Notes under the pieces: generated by a model
Databases searched by the model: none
Told to the model about the DNA's origin: nothing
What the model saw: only the letters and a program-made list of their open reading frames with translations
Program-made: the position numbers and the translations under genes
Source: a virus
Taxonomy: Duplodnaviria; Heunggongvirae; Uroviricota; Caudoviricetes
IMG/VR virus record: IMGVR_UViG_3300029935_000001
Location: 32,001 to 96,000 of that record
Length of the DNA: 64,000 bases
Direction: 5' to 3' (one strand)
Shown here: positions 39,601 through 47,636 of the stretch, piece by piece
Numbering within the stretch: the first letter of the stretch is position 1
Layout: each line of letters opens with the position of its first letter

Positions 39601-42600
39601 CCGGTTTAGTCAGCAACAGAATTTTTTGCACAACAAACGGCCACTGGCTTGACCGGCGGAACGCCGCTGAAGTTGGACTGCCGGATACTAACTGCCATGG
39701 CGTGCGGAATGTATTTTGATTATACTCTTTTACTACGCAACGATACGGCGAAAGTAGGCGGCCTTGCCCGTCAACAGGAATCACTTGTTGAAGACCCGGG
39801 CGAGCGTAGCGCAAGTCTACGTGCGTATTAACAGGGTCGCGAATTATGCCCGCGGCGAGATCATCCCACAGTACCATGTCAGTGTTGGTCCATGGCCCAG
39901 GACCGTATTCATTATCCCACCACCGTGGTTTTTCACCAAATCCTAATAGAGCCCACGGAGTTAAATGCGGTGTATCTGTTCCGTACAGCTCAAAATAAAT
40001 ATCGCGCCAGTATGCCTTTAGCGTGTGATTTGGGAGCTTGCTAACACACTGACTATAATTCCAAGAAAATTCATTGCTTAAATCAAACTCTTGAGCACTG
40101 TAATCGATTCTGTTCCAGCTAACCCACGATATTAATTCCGGGTCGGCAATAGCAGCTATTTCTGCAGCCGTATATTCAGTTGTGCGGAAACCCGACGGAA
40201 CAACATCCGAGTCTCGTAAAACCCCACTTTCTACAGTTTTGAGGTTGTTATAAACCCGCTTTTCGAATTCCAGAAGAACATCGTCGCGGATATCTCCAAA
40301 CGCTAATGTTATGCTTCCGTCGTGTCCGCGTATTGCATCCTGCGGAATTTTGTATGTATTGTCGACAAATTTCTCAGGCTTATATGCAGGATACAACCCT
40401 AACTTTGTAGGAGTGTCCGGCACACCAGATCCGTACGTTGCGTCATATTCCCGGACGGTGATTACATCACCGTCAGTTATTGGGGTTAACAGTTGTATGC
40501 GTGGCCCGTCGACAGCGAGAGTATAATCGTAGTTTCGTAATAACAGATCGCCGTTTTTATAAACCAACACTGCCAGGAAAGACGCAGTTTGCTGGCCATA
40601 AATTTTCGTCGTGTCTATAATAGACGACGTCGCTGGTGTTACTGTAATCGACACTTCACGCATAGGCACTTTTGCCGGCAGCATGTCAGTCCAATAAAAC
40701 GCATTAGCCGAAGTTTTACTTGACGCTAAAGTCTCAATAATTTGGTCCAATATTTCAGCCGGCGAACTGGCTCCATACTCTTCGTCAACAGCCAACTGAA
40801 GAATACGATGTTTATATTTTTCGTATTCAACAGCGGCGGATCGAATCGCTGTTACTATATCGATATTCGTCTTAGCTGTTAGCGACGGAACCAGGACCGC
40901 GGGAGCCGAATGCTGAACTATAGATGTAGCGTGCGCAGCAACAGCTGGCAAGTCTCGCGAGTTGTTTAACCCAAAAACATCCCCTGAAAACGCGCGAATG
41001 TTTTCAACTGCCGTTGAAAAATGAGTGCGCATAGCACCGAGCGTAAAAGCAGTTGGTATTGAATTAAACGCATTTTTGTCCAGTGACAATGGGATTTTAT
41101 ATTGTCCAACGCTCGATACCTGAGATGTTACTACACGGATTTCTATTAAATCTGCGGAGTTGGTTTGTTGTTTTAGTTGTATTTGTGTTGTTGAGCTGCC
41201 AACTACTGCGTCAAATTCAGACTGTGTTACTAATTTATTGTTAACCCACACTTTAATAGCAGCAGTTGGTGCAGCATCTACACTAACGTCTAAAACATAT
41301 TGGGTACTGCCGCCGTCAAAATAAAACACTGTTTCGACTGTACTCGGCACTAATGATTTAACCCACCCGTTTTTATATTGGCCAGATTTATAATCACGCA
41401 CCAGCGATTGGTTAGCAGTTCCTACACGACTTGACCCGTCGGCTACATACGAAAACGTGTCTGTGAATAAAAACGGTTCAAACACAATATCGCCAACGTT
41501 GTTTATTGCTTTGTATTTTAGCGGAAACTTTAATACCGGGTCAGGAATACCAGTGCCGATTGCATATCCAAATAATTTTGAGCCTACGAACGACGAGCTT
41601 AGATACTTGCTAAGATCGTTTAACGGTATTTGTTCGTTGTCATAGAGAGCAAACAGCGGAGCTTGATTAACTCCATGCTTTTGCTGGGCCTGACGCCACT
41701 CGGCGTTAGAGTAATAAAATGTTTTGCCGCGTGTCGATCCGCCGCGTAGACACACTACGCTATCAAATTCAGCAATAGACGCAACCGGTTCCAACACTAC
41801 AACAAATTGATCCGCCACTGTAGTATCAACTTGTGCTAATGTAACTTGATACACTGTATTCCGAACATTCGAATCAGAATCTCGGGCAAATACCACCTTC
41901 GACCCCGCCTGAAGTTGATAACCATCAATCTCTGGTAGGTCAGTAAACGCCAGTCCGTTAATGTTTGACAGTGCGTCGGTTACAGTATAATCAATAACAT
42001 CTATTAGTCCGGCGAATCGAGTTCCGTGGTTGAATAATTCTAAGTTTGCCACAAATTCAATAATTGGGCGATTAGCTCGGAGGTTGTTGTCAATTACTCC
42101 GGTGAATTTATTGTACTCAAATGTAGCGTTAATAACCTCAATATGCGTCCATCTATTAGATCTCGACCAGGCGTTTCGATCGTGCGCGGCACGATTTATA
42201 GTAATATAATCCGGAACCACCGGGCTTAACACCGACGCATCGTAAGGGAGCTCGTCGTAAGGAGCAGTGTCCCATGGCTCACTAATTTCTTTTGTATATG
42301 GCTCCGGAGTTACAGTTTCGTTAACTGGTATTAATTCGATTCCAGTTCCTACGCCTTCGACGTAATATGTTTGGCCACTATACGACTCTGGCACTGTAGT
42401 TCCTTGGAACTTAATCTTCAAGCCATTGGTAAATTGAACGCCATTGCCAGAAATGTACGTTGCTTTACCGAGGATGTCATACTCGACGTTTATTGATTGG
42501 TTCCCGGCAGCGGTGATCAAATCAATTTCGCCAAAGAATAAAGGGTCATCTGCGTCTTGATAGTATAACTTCGATAAGTTTGCCGTTAGGTGCGGCACAG

Positions 42601-43765
42601 CCTGAAATACGCCAGCAAGGGTCTTGTGATAGAACTTATTACTTTCGGTAGTACCGTATAAAATCTTAAATTTGGTATTGGGCGCAATGTCGCGAACTGG
42701 CACCAACTTAATGAAGCTCGCCGCCGGTGTGGACGTCGGCTCCAGTGGGTTATTTGGGATGCCTGATGGATTGGTAATTAATGTAACCCGCCAAACTTTG
42801 TAACGGTCCGATTCAGGGACTTCAACGGCTGCGTCAAACCCATTATTATCGTATTCGCCGTCGAACACAGAATTTGCATACCACCCTTCTGTTTGTGGTT
42901 TGAACACCAACGTCAACCCGTCGAGTGCCGCTATACCATCAATCCCGCCGAATTGAGCTAAGAACTCACTTACTGGGCGATTTTGAATTTGAGAAAACAG
43001 CATGTCGGCTACTAAGTCAACAGACTGGACTTCAGGCATCGAGAAGAACGCATCTTGCGCGTTTTCCATTGGAACTCGAAAAGTTATTGTGCCGTCATCG
43101 GCGCCGTTGTTTTCTACACCCAAAACGTCCTGTGTGCTAATATTATTAGCATACGAATATACTCCGTCGACTCCAGGCTGGGTCTGAATATACACGCGGC
43201 GACCCGGGGTATTAAATTTAAACTCGTATTCGCCGCCGCGTATTACTGTCACTGTTGGGTTGTCGCCAGCAAAACCTTTAACCCGAAAGCCGCTGTTGCG
43301 AGTAAACTCGAAGGTTGCTTGAATCGGCACTTCTGACGCAGCAACATTGACTGAGTCTGGCCCATTGGGTAACCAGTAATACTGACTAAAATTCACCAGT
43401 TTATCTAAATCTACCAATGGCGCAAACGAATAAAACTCGCTGTCAAACAGTCGACGGTGGTTTGTCACCGTCGCGCCCATATTTTGCAGCGCGTCGAGAA
43501 CTTCCGGGTAAGTCACTGCACGTATAGCGTCACCGTTTTCGTCACTGACTACAACCGCCGGCTCAAGTTGATACTGCTCGCGAGCGAGTTCCGGCTCGCT
43601 GATATATTCGCCAGGCTTTGCTATTTTTTTCCGCCCAACAAACCCTTGAATCTTTTGAAGCTCGGGTTCTTGGACTAATTGATCTAACGTTGCTGCTAAA
43701 AAGCGCTTGTTAGTATCGGTTTGAAAAATTTCAGGAAGTAATTGGACGGATCGAATTTGTTTCAT
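30689..43765 (-). CDS. giant (~4358 aa) baseplate/virion structural protein
   Basis: likely start MKQIRSVQLLPEIF at 43765; FG-GAP-like VGAPG repeats, W..Y..G..V carbohydrate-binding-like units, follows wedge gene. Confidence 0.8.
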   Translation of the reverse strand: MKQIRSVQLLPEIFQTDTNKRFLAATLDQLVQEPELQKIQGFVGRKKIAKPGEYISEPELAREQYQLEPAVVVSDENGDAIRAVTYPEVLDALQNMGATVTNHRRLFDSEFYSFAPLVDLDKLVNFSQYYWLPNGPDSVNVAASEVPIQATFEFTRNSGFRVKGFAGDNPTVTVIRGGEYEFKFNTPGRRVYIQTQPGVDGVYSYANNISTQDVLGVENNGADDGTITFRVPMENAQDAFFSMPEVQSVDLVADMLFSQIQNRPVSEFLAQFGGIDGIAALDGLTLVFKPQTEGWYANSVFDGEYDNNGFDAAVEVPESDRYKVWRVTLITNPSGIPNNPLEPTSTPAASFIKLVPVRDIAPNTKFKILYGTTESNKFYHKTLAGVFQAVPHLTANLSKLYYQDADDPLFFGEIDLITAAGNQSINVEYDILGKATYISGNGVQFTNGLKIKFQGTTVPESYSGQTYYVEGVGTGIELIPVNETVTPEPYTKEISEPWDTAPYDELPYDASVLSPVVPDYITINRAAHDRNAWSRSNRWTHIEVINATFEYNKFTGVIDNNLRANRPIIEFVANLELFNHGTRFAGLIDVIDYTVTDALSNINGLAFTDLPEIDGYQLQAGSKVVFARDSDSNVRNTVYQVTLAQVDTTVADQFVVVLEPVASIAEFDSVVCLRGGSTRGKTFYYSNAEWRQAQQKHGVNQAPLFALYDNEQIPLNDLSKYLSSSFVGSKLFGYAIGTGIPDPVLKFPLKYKAINNVGDIVFEPFLFTDTFSYVADGSSRVGTANQSLVRDYKSGQYKNGWVKSLVPSTVETVFYFDGGSTQYVLDVSVDAAPTAAIKVWVNNKLVTQSEFDAVVGSSTTQIQLKQQTNSADLIEIRVVTSQVSSVGQYKIPLSLDKNAFNSIPTAFTLGAMRTHFSTAVENIRAFSGDVFGLNNSRDLPAVAAHATSIVQHSAPAVLVPSLTAKTNIDIVTAIRSAAVEYEKYKHRILQLAVDEEYGASSPAEILDQIIETLASSKTSANAFYWTDMLPAKVPMREVSITVTPATSSIIDTTKIYGQQTASFLAVLVYKNGDLLLRNYDYTLAVDGPRIQLLTPITDGDVITVREYDATYGSGVPDTPTKLGLYPAYKPEKFVDNTYKIPQDAIRGHDGSITLAFGDIRDDVLLEFEKRVYNNLKTVESGVLRDSDVVPSGFRTTEYTAAEIAAIADPELISWVSWNRIDYSAQEFDLSNEFSWNYSQCVSKLPNHTLKAYWRDIYFELYGTDTPHLTPWALLGFGEKPRWWDNEYGPGPWTNTDMVLWDDLAAGIIRDPVNTHVDLRYARPGLQQVIPVDGQGRLLSPYRCVVKEYNQNTFRTPWQLVSGSPTSAAFRRSSQWPFVVQKILLLTKPARYLSLNFDKDNYRYNNSLDQWLLDNHKRIQLSEITVKNDVARHSYLNWLVDYARRFGIDAAATITDTFAATNVKLAYRLAGFSDKRYLKIFAEQTSPTSANTSLLLPDESYDIVRHKNAAFDTVRYSAVVIQRTELGFSVRGYDEMVPFFTAYPVVLNSNYRTVQVGATTVKYARDFEGQPQRIPYGSELSSVDAVVNFLIGYGKYLEEVGFKFTDVDNNVALTWQTMAQEFVQWSQQAWPAGAIINLNPAANALIFERPGAVVDALNESRVDHTIVNIDRKTVKVNDVYVSRIGHEFVLESATDDIISSLVLSLVSFEHILLLDNKSVFGDVIYDLESGVRQQRVKLAGNKTANWSGLPTAPGFVINEDTVTEWSPNRRYAKGEIVRFKNQYWSASKPTIPTETFDTQVWQRSNYAITPRGLLPNIATKAEQARNFYNNREANLEQDIDLLSFGIIGFRPRKYLSDINLDDITQVEVYSDFIRAKGTLPSLEMFNSTNVESDLTGYKVYENWAVKAATYGANANRQYIEVALDEDRLRANPAIVSYIEPGMHSDADQSVLISRLYKSSASIQTAQVFPTVESVDRAIGLPTAGFVNISDVDITVFDLSDLTELNNQLTRIVAGTKVWVAKVNRHNWDVYVAAAVPAFVVRVVDQLDSTSIVSFNRAHKLNVADIIVIRDFDAQIDRAYRVKKIVDESRVQLEISLARGQTEMIGQGVAFVMRSAVVDRISDIIDLPHAGHTRLGSKVWVRDIGNNKWGVVERTSPYSFENSLTLKYFPEDTGAPGATVSSSAGYAASLAQNVQGTLMVVGAPGDNGAYVYAKIGAEFAETSWLNLFNFPDVNNLGHAAAVGDGAWVAVSSPDSASGRGYVAIYNQQPTSSVHGIQQVLVGDIGSALGYALAMSADSRWLFVGAPGSATVEVFTRVDVADAIFEDQTLQAATSQVGYEVDVNAATQLNVLVDNVLQTPLVDYTIDPVNKTINFALLVPAGSQIRVSKKTVITADGPVATALDSLFVDYSGPESVVVTVNSGVLRLGIDYTISATNVIEFADPPAAPAVIAVKSHFRRFKTISNSANGFGRSLACSSDGAELVIGAPYQTVSGRTNAGAVFVYSRNDRRNGLSIATIGDDYVGPLQTLTQLTAADGALFGTAVEICQAKCSIFVGAPGAQSSGAVERFVNFGRVYGIVRSTVDLPITWANSPVLINGVEVATGDTPEEFAANINDLPVPNVVAEFNTVSRQLVIRVRSLANAEPLNMLSILPLDGSSSLQTYGFMVCELVQTITQPEPNQFAEFGATIRVNPASNMLFVGAPGAHARLPQTFDRDQTTFDFATSRWSDQIINAGAVYSFDLLVNRDDSENPGKFVFGQQIVNNSVETACRYGSAIALSDNHQLVVSAPLLDVYRLGAQFVTRVDAVKQILSARNNDYPIFYQPDSALVENPTAYGYVQIKNAGRIFVATNDAAAAAWQTVSTQRNIVDISRINSVYLYNKTTQEVVADLDYIDPLQAKILGIARQNIDYIGTFDPAYYNNGPVGNVGRRWSEAEVGSIWWNTENCRYLDYFSTTGRSSAQRWSQLFPGSTIEVYEWVESAVPPAEYTAGEVYSVDQYTLEPTLNISGQFEERYYFWVKNAQTVATARGKTLSAANIARYIQLPKTSGVPYVAFVAADTVALFNVGEMLVADDIVLHVEFETIKTDNNVHVEYELIAENNPSSFMSARLYRKFVDSFCGVDSLGNAVPDRTLSPAEMYGVSYRPRQSMFKDRFAALKNYITRVNSVLLQTPIRETKVFQLLNTYDLPPGSATGAWNKRMLSEIELQYQDLASDGNGFRYLVEHDSRNAGRWAIYEVVENASVAGPVFTLKLVQVQYYDTRQYWNYVNWYAPGYNSAMKPSAEVGYASELDRLSVPDRTLVRVRTNGTGHWELYDRVGDEWQRVAVEKGTIQIAEKIYDYSLGNYGFDLEVYDSTYFDQEPTTETRRVIEAINEELLVDDLAGERNAALMLMFNYILTEQIAPEWLTKTSLIDVEHTVRELQQDEYYKRDNQDFVLDFVNEGKPYHSKIREFSSKYSALETANGHYTDFDVPAYYDPLLQRFISPVVTTSGGISLHEHAIDHPIWTSMPWADWAQNYLLSVESVAVVSPGNGYTVRPILEVVGDAEVPAELVARLSSAGHIIGVEVRNPGSGYTSAPLINVVGGGGAGALLTPVMTPGSVRRQKTAIKFDRYEYQANVTQWQSAVQYTADDIVKKDHEYYVVGTPVVLAARGLEADYSVDAAEVFNIAAWSPAAEYAARELVTVAGKVYAATQPSAQMLVFRPEYFEEVQVARARLEHFGAADRTTEAYQPSLNMPGNELGLVIPGTRFGASWVYGKHWSPENPDELNTILQSAFDGVDPAATIDGDEFISVHHSHAPEELMPGIAFDTLDLRVYQRPGADYTGRGFAFEVKSATKQPVAGQIGFANLVQVPSFVRVIDLQSNQLLEEGADYSVNWHTQTVTDLPNDANLFKIVVYGIGGGNQLHRAFYSTTATEIVVPVSLGDISAVLTIVNGINVAPVSVEENDRYSTTVVFDGPAASGVSVVVFGSSGFDYSMPQLQTLTATASETYTLSRPLLWANSINAFVEVNGRRLSPAHQVEFIAPVGTVYEFPSESAGYAGSIVESDVRVFVNDVEQQLLVDYVVDLSAQTVTLAAAPDARVVIAIDTVADYKITAQTQLWLKPQAGITAGDLITIVDFNDTRQLSALTKTFVGPAEEGYVNQHPYDSVEFDSDRFDLYEDLTRLVNVFYLGRPDADINRLWATLNGMPLRPEVDFRVVGNYIELLRPVISATDVLSVTALTNNVVPSGLEYRIFKDMNDSVKFYTMKNKTTLTAALDNDTATVQVLDANRLAAPASQPHRFGVVTIGAERITFKDKNNALGQLIGLRRGTAGTGVNQHQVGAEVIDISKMSEVAHPYDRSLYLNTSLPLTLQDTTFVQNLRD

Positions 43766-43775
43766 AGTATAGTAT

Positions 43776-46700
43776 TTACTCGCTGCGAATGTTGCCTGTT
43801 GTAATTGCTTCGATGACTTCGATATCGTTAACTGTTGCTGCACTAACAAAAATTTCGTTTGGCCGCGATTTAACTTCGAATAACGCACCAAATTTTTGCA
43901 ATGGATTCCGTGGCACAATTACCGCCGACGAAATTAATTCTCCAAGTTCTTTGTGTAAGAACGCAGCTAACTCCGAAAAATAGAAAGTATCGCCGAAGTC
44001 CCATTTGTCAATGGTAAAAAACTCATTGATAGCTCGAATTACCTTGGACTTAATTTCAGAATCAGACGCATTTACTTTAGAATTGCGGACCACCTTTATT
44101 GCTGCTCTAAGGCCTAACTCAGCTTTATCGCCAAACAACGGTTTAAATCTAACAGAGTTAAACACTATGTTGTCAGAGACCATTTTATACTTGTTGAGAT
44201 CCTTGTACGCCACTTCTAATTCATTTACCGTTGGCGCTATAGGTTCGACTATGGTATTAGTGGTGTCACGAAGATACCGTTGGTATTCAGTGTAGTATGA
44301 ATTCACCACTAAGTACAAATCAATGATATTGGTGCTGCCAGGGTCAATTCGGCGACTTGTTGGACTGTTGTGACGGTAATGATACTGAAGTCCTTGCCGG
44401 CCGCGACTGATTATAAATTCAGGCACTTGCCCTGGCTGCTCAGTGCCTTTAATAACTCGTTGGCTTAACATACGTTGACCACTGGCGTCAAGCTCAATAA
44501 CGAATATCTTGTGTTCGGCTGTTGCGTAAAACGTAGTACCGATGTCATAACTATAAATCGCTACTGAAAGATCGGTTTCAGTGGCGTAGTCTACGTTAAT
44601 TGAGTTTGCTGCCAGAGGCATTACTTCTTCTAAGTTGTCGGACGTCCGAGTCACTCGGAAAAAGACATACGACGAGTCGTCGACCAAGTAGTCAAAAAAG
44701 TCAGGGTCGTCGGCAATGCCGTCGAGATTTAAATCCGTAAAACTTATACTTACTCTGTAATCGTTGATATGCCCGTCGACTTCAGGAGGTTGGCCTACGA
44801 TATCTAGAATTACGTCAGAATCAAGTGGTTTTAACGATGCAGGTAAGGTATTTGTTTTTAGCAAACGAATATAATCATTTACTACAGTACCGGTTTTGGG
44901 GTCATAAACCTGCTGCGTGCCGTCATAAAAGAAACGAGTCTCAGCTAGACTTGCAAAGTAGTAAGCCAACCACCGTGTTGTAACCGTGTAAGTTTGTGTG
45001 TCGGTTTCAAACCTAACTAACCATGAACGAGGGTTATATGGGTCTGCCATTGTGGCTGGTTGGAACTGGTCGGCAGGTAACCCAGCTGCTACAGCTTCCT
45101 GGTTGGCCTGGTCGAGCGCTGTTCCTTTGATTAAAAACCACTCGCGACGATACGGATTGTATCCTAACGCAAAATTTAAATTTAGCGAAATTTCTCGTGT
45201 AATGTCTTGTTCTAGCCCAACAGGCAAATCTGTCGAGAAAACAGGTATTACCTTGTCTAATATAGCATTACTCGGAACAAATACATTCAGTGATATTGGG
45301 CCCGACCCGTCTTCAAGTGCGCCGACACCGCCGTTTGCTCCGTCGGTTTTTAACGAAGTGATTGTAGCCCATATATGGTACTTTGCTTTTTGATTTGCCC
45401 CTGGTTCGCCGAAGACCAGTCTATTAGATTCATTAAAGAAATACCCACTCGGCGGCACAAATTTTATTAACGCAGCAGGCACTAAGTAGCGGCGATTGTC
45501 AGACGTTAATGGACCCACAACCTGAGGCGTGTCGCTGGCATTAATAAAATACCCTGTAGTTTCGTTTAGCTGAACGGTTTTTTGGACCCATCGGTATGGT
45601 GTCGAAAACGCCGGGCGCTCATAATTGCGCTCTTTATAATAAAAGTGCGAAACCGCGCGGCTAGCCAATAAAGGCTCAAGGCGGTTAATAATAACGTCAG
45701 CAATGTCGTTGAGATCGTTCCACGAAAAGCTAAAGTTATTCAGCTCATCTTCTTCGTACAACACACCGTCCGACCCAAAAACGTTTGTCGAACTATACTT
45801 GCCTGTTACATCTACTAGATCAAGATATCTACTTGCGCCGATTGTGCTGCGATTAACTGCTTTACTCTTTAAGATCGAACCGTACTGAGTAAACGGAAAG
45901 TTTGAATAATCTTCCCCGTTTACCATTCTGTGCTGCGAGTAATACCGCGCAGGAGCTCGAGCTTTGATTTCCTCAATGGTCTCGCGCACCTTGGCGTTTG
46001 ATACTGCAGTCGTCAGCCCGACTGTGAGGGTAGCAGTTTCGACTCTATTGCGCCGACTAACATATGGCAGTGTTATAGTAATTGCAGCCATTTCATTGGG
46101 CGTGATTACATATTGCAACCCATTCGACGACCGGCAAAATACACGCAACAACCCAACCGGAATTTCGGCAAATACCCCGTCGCCGAAATTGATTGTAACC
46201 TTATCGTTAGCGCCGGAAGTGATAGAGTAGTACCATTTATTTTTATTGCGCTGCACATCTGGCGGACTAACCAAGCTATCAACGGCGGTCCACTGATTTG
46301 AATACTCGTTGTTCTGATCTGCAGAGAACACCCAAACATCAGAATTATTAACTCCTGGAACCTCTACATCAAGATTACGATTAGCAATTCGGTCTGTTAA
46401 ATTATAGTCGCGGGCTTGCAAAGAACCTTGCTTGAACAATATAAAAAACCCTGTATTGGGCGACGCAAACCCAAGCTGATCGTTACGATATAACAAGTTG
46501 AACACAGCAGACAACCGTGGCGCTGCTTCTATAACTCGCCCTGTGGTTATGTCGCTGCTCACAGCTTCGAAGTTCATCGAAACATTGTTTACTTTGCTTG
46601 TAAAAGCGCGCGTTGGCAAGCTGCCAGGGACTGTATTAACAGAATATTGCGAGGTCTCGACACCGAGAATTGTTTTTTTGTTGCCAGGGCGGCCAACGCG

Positions 46701-47204
46701 CTGGCTGTCTACTAGCATAGCATTCAGAATGGTGACCATTTGCTCGTACCAGTCTGGATTAGTTGAATCGTCCCACGACACTGCAACATCACGCAGGTTG
46801 TTGCCATTGTAGTCCGTTATGTTTTCGGTTGTACTAATGGAGAATAGCTTTAAAAACCCACTGGCAGTTTCGTTACGCTTAGGCGAATACGCAACCAGTT
46901 CAGCCAACTTAACTACACTTTCGCGGCGGTCTGCTGTTTCGAGAAAATTTTCGCGAGCGTTTAATTCGCTTCTAAAAGCAAGCGACTGTCCCATAAACGC
47001 TATTAAATCTAACAATGCTATAAACTCAGAAGATTCAACAAAATCGTTGAAAGTTTCTGGGTAGAAAGTGCGCAAATAATCAACAAAACTTTTGCGTATA
47101 GTTTCAAAGTCGTAACTCTGAAAATCCGCTTCCTGGTAAGTTTGATAAATCCTTTTCCAGTCTTCTATACCAAAAATAGCAGTTTGTCGGGTGGTGTTGG
47201 CCAT
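43776..47204 (-). CDS. baseplate wedge subunit (T4 gp6-like)
   Basis: DFETIRKS, NDFVESSE, ARENFLETA, FGDGVF, ETIEEIK..AP...RMVNGEDY. Confidence 0.85.
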   Translation of the reverse strand: MANTTRQTAIFGIEDWKRIYQTYQEADFQSYDFETIRKSFVDYLRTFYPETFNDFVESSEFIALLDLIAFMGQSLAFRSELNARENFLETADRRESVVKLAELVAYSPKRNETASGFLKLFSISTTENITDYNGNNLRDVAVSWDDSTNPDWYEQMVTILNAMLVDSQRVGRPGNKKTILGVETSQYSVNTVPGSLPTRAFTSKVNNVSMNFEAVSSDITTGRVIEAAPRLSAVFNLLYRNDQLGFASPNTGFFILFKQGSLQARDYNLTDRIANRNLDVEVPGVNNSDVWVFSADQNNEYSNQWTAVDSLVSPPDVQRNKNKWYYSITSGANDKVTINFGDGVFAEIPVGLLRVFCRSSNGLQYVITPNEMAAITITLPYVSRRNRVETATLTVGLTTAVSNAKVRETIEEIKARAPARYYSQHRMVNGEDYSNFPFTQYGSILKSKAVNRSTIGASRYLDLVDVTGKYSSTNVFGSDGVLYEEDELNNFSFSWNDLNDIADVIINRLEPLLASRAVSHFYYKERNYERPAFSTPYRWVQKTVQLNETTGYFINASDTPQVVGPLTSDNRRYLVPAALIKFVPPSGYFFNESNRLVFGEPGANQKAKYHIWATITSLKTDGANGGVGALEDGSGPISLNVFVPSNAILDKVIPVFSTDLPVGLEQDITREISLNLNFALGYNPYRREWFLIKGTALDQANQEAVAAGLPADQFQPATMADPYNPRSWLVRFETDTQTYTVTTRWLAYYFASLAETRFFYDGTQQVYDPKTGTVVNDYIRLLKTNTLPASLKPLDSDVILDIVGQPPEVDGHINDYRVSISFTDLNLDGIADDPDFFDYLVDDSSYVFFRVTRTSDNLEEVMPLAANSINVDYATETDLSVAIYSYDIGTTFYATAEHKIFVIELDASGQRMLSQRVIKGTEQPGQVPEFIISRGRQGLQYHYRHNSPTSRRIDPGSTNIIDLYLVVNSYYTEYQRYLRDTTNTIVEPIAPTVNELEVAYKDLNKYKMVSDNIVFNSVRFKPLFGDKAELGLRAAIKVVRNSKVNASDSEIKSKVIRAINEFFTIDKWDFGDTFYFSELAAFLHKELGELISSAVIVPRNPLQKFGALFEVKSRPNEIFVSAATVNDIEVIEAITTGNIRSE

Positions 47205-47254
47205 ATGAAATACCTCTTATGTATTATTTATGGCCGCAAAAATCAGCGGTTTTG

Positions 47255-47632
47255 CTATAACATAGTCACTGACTGCTGATTTGTATCGAACTTTAAAAAA
47301 AGATGCTCTACTGAGTGATCTGGCCGCGTGTCCAATTCAACATCCGCAAGTATAGTATGGTCTTGGGCATACAACTTTAAGCTTATTAACTCGACTCGCG
47401 GGTCGGATGCGATAACTCGCCGAATTTCGGTTTCTAATTCACCGACTCCAGTCTCGTCTAAGTTTTCAAAAACAATACTGTGAATAGTTGTGCCGTATCC
47501 CGGGCGTCCAGGAATTTCCCCTAACTTAATCAAAAATGAATTTAAAATATCTCGCTTAACCAACTCAAAATCGTGCATGGAGAATTTTTTCTTTTGACCG
47601 ATTGTATTGAAACCTTTAAACGTTGCATCCAT
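47255..47632 (-). CDS. baseplate wedge subunit (T4 gp25-like)
   Basis: GEIPGRPGYGT..FE...I..DPRV. Confidence 0.85.
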   Translation of the reverse strand: MDATFKGFNTIGQKKKFSMHDFELVKRDILNSFLIKLGEIPGRPGYGTTIHSIVFENLDETGVGELETEIRRVIASDPRVELISLKLYAQDHTILADVELDTRPDHSVEHLFLKFDTNQQSVTML

Positions 47633-47636
47633 GTCA

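Noticed and set aside
43766-43918. ORF-track N-terminal extension of the giant protein (similar over-long starts at 3801, 5209, 5847, 11651, 12801, 18537, 24299)
   Set aside because: They overlap upstream genes or promoters; downstream ATGs with SD or TAAATA fit better.
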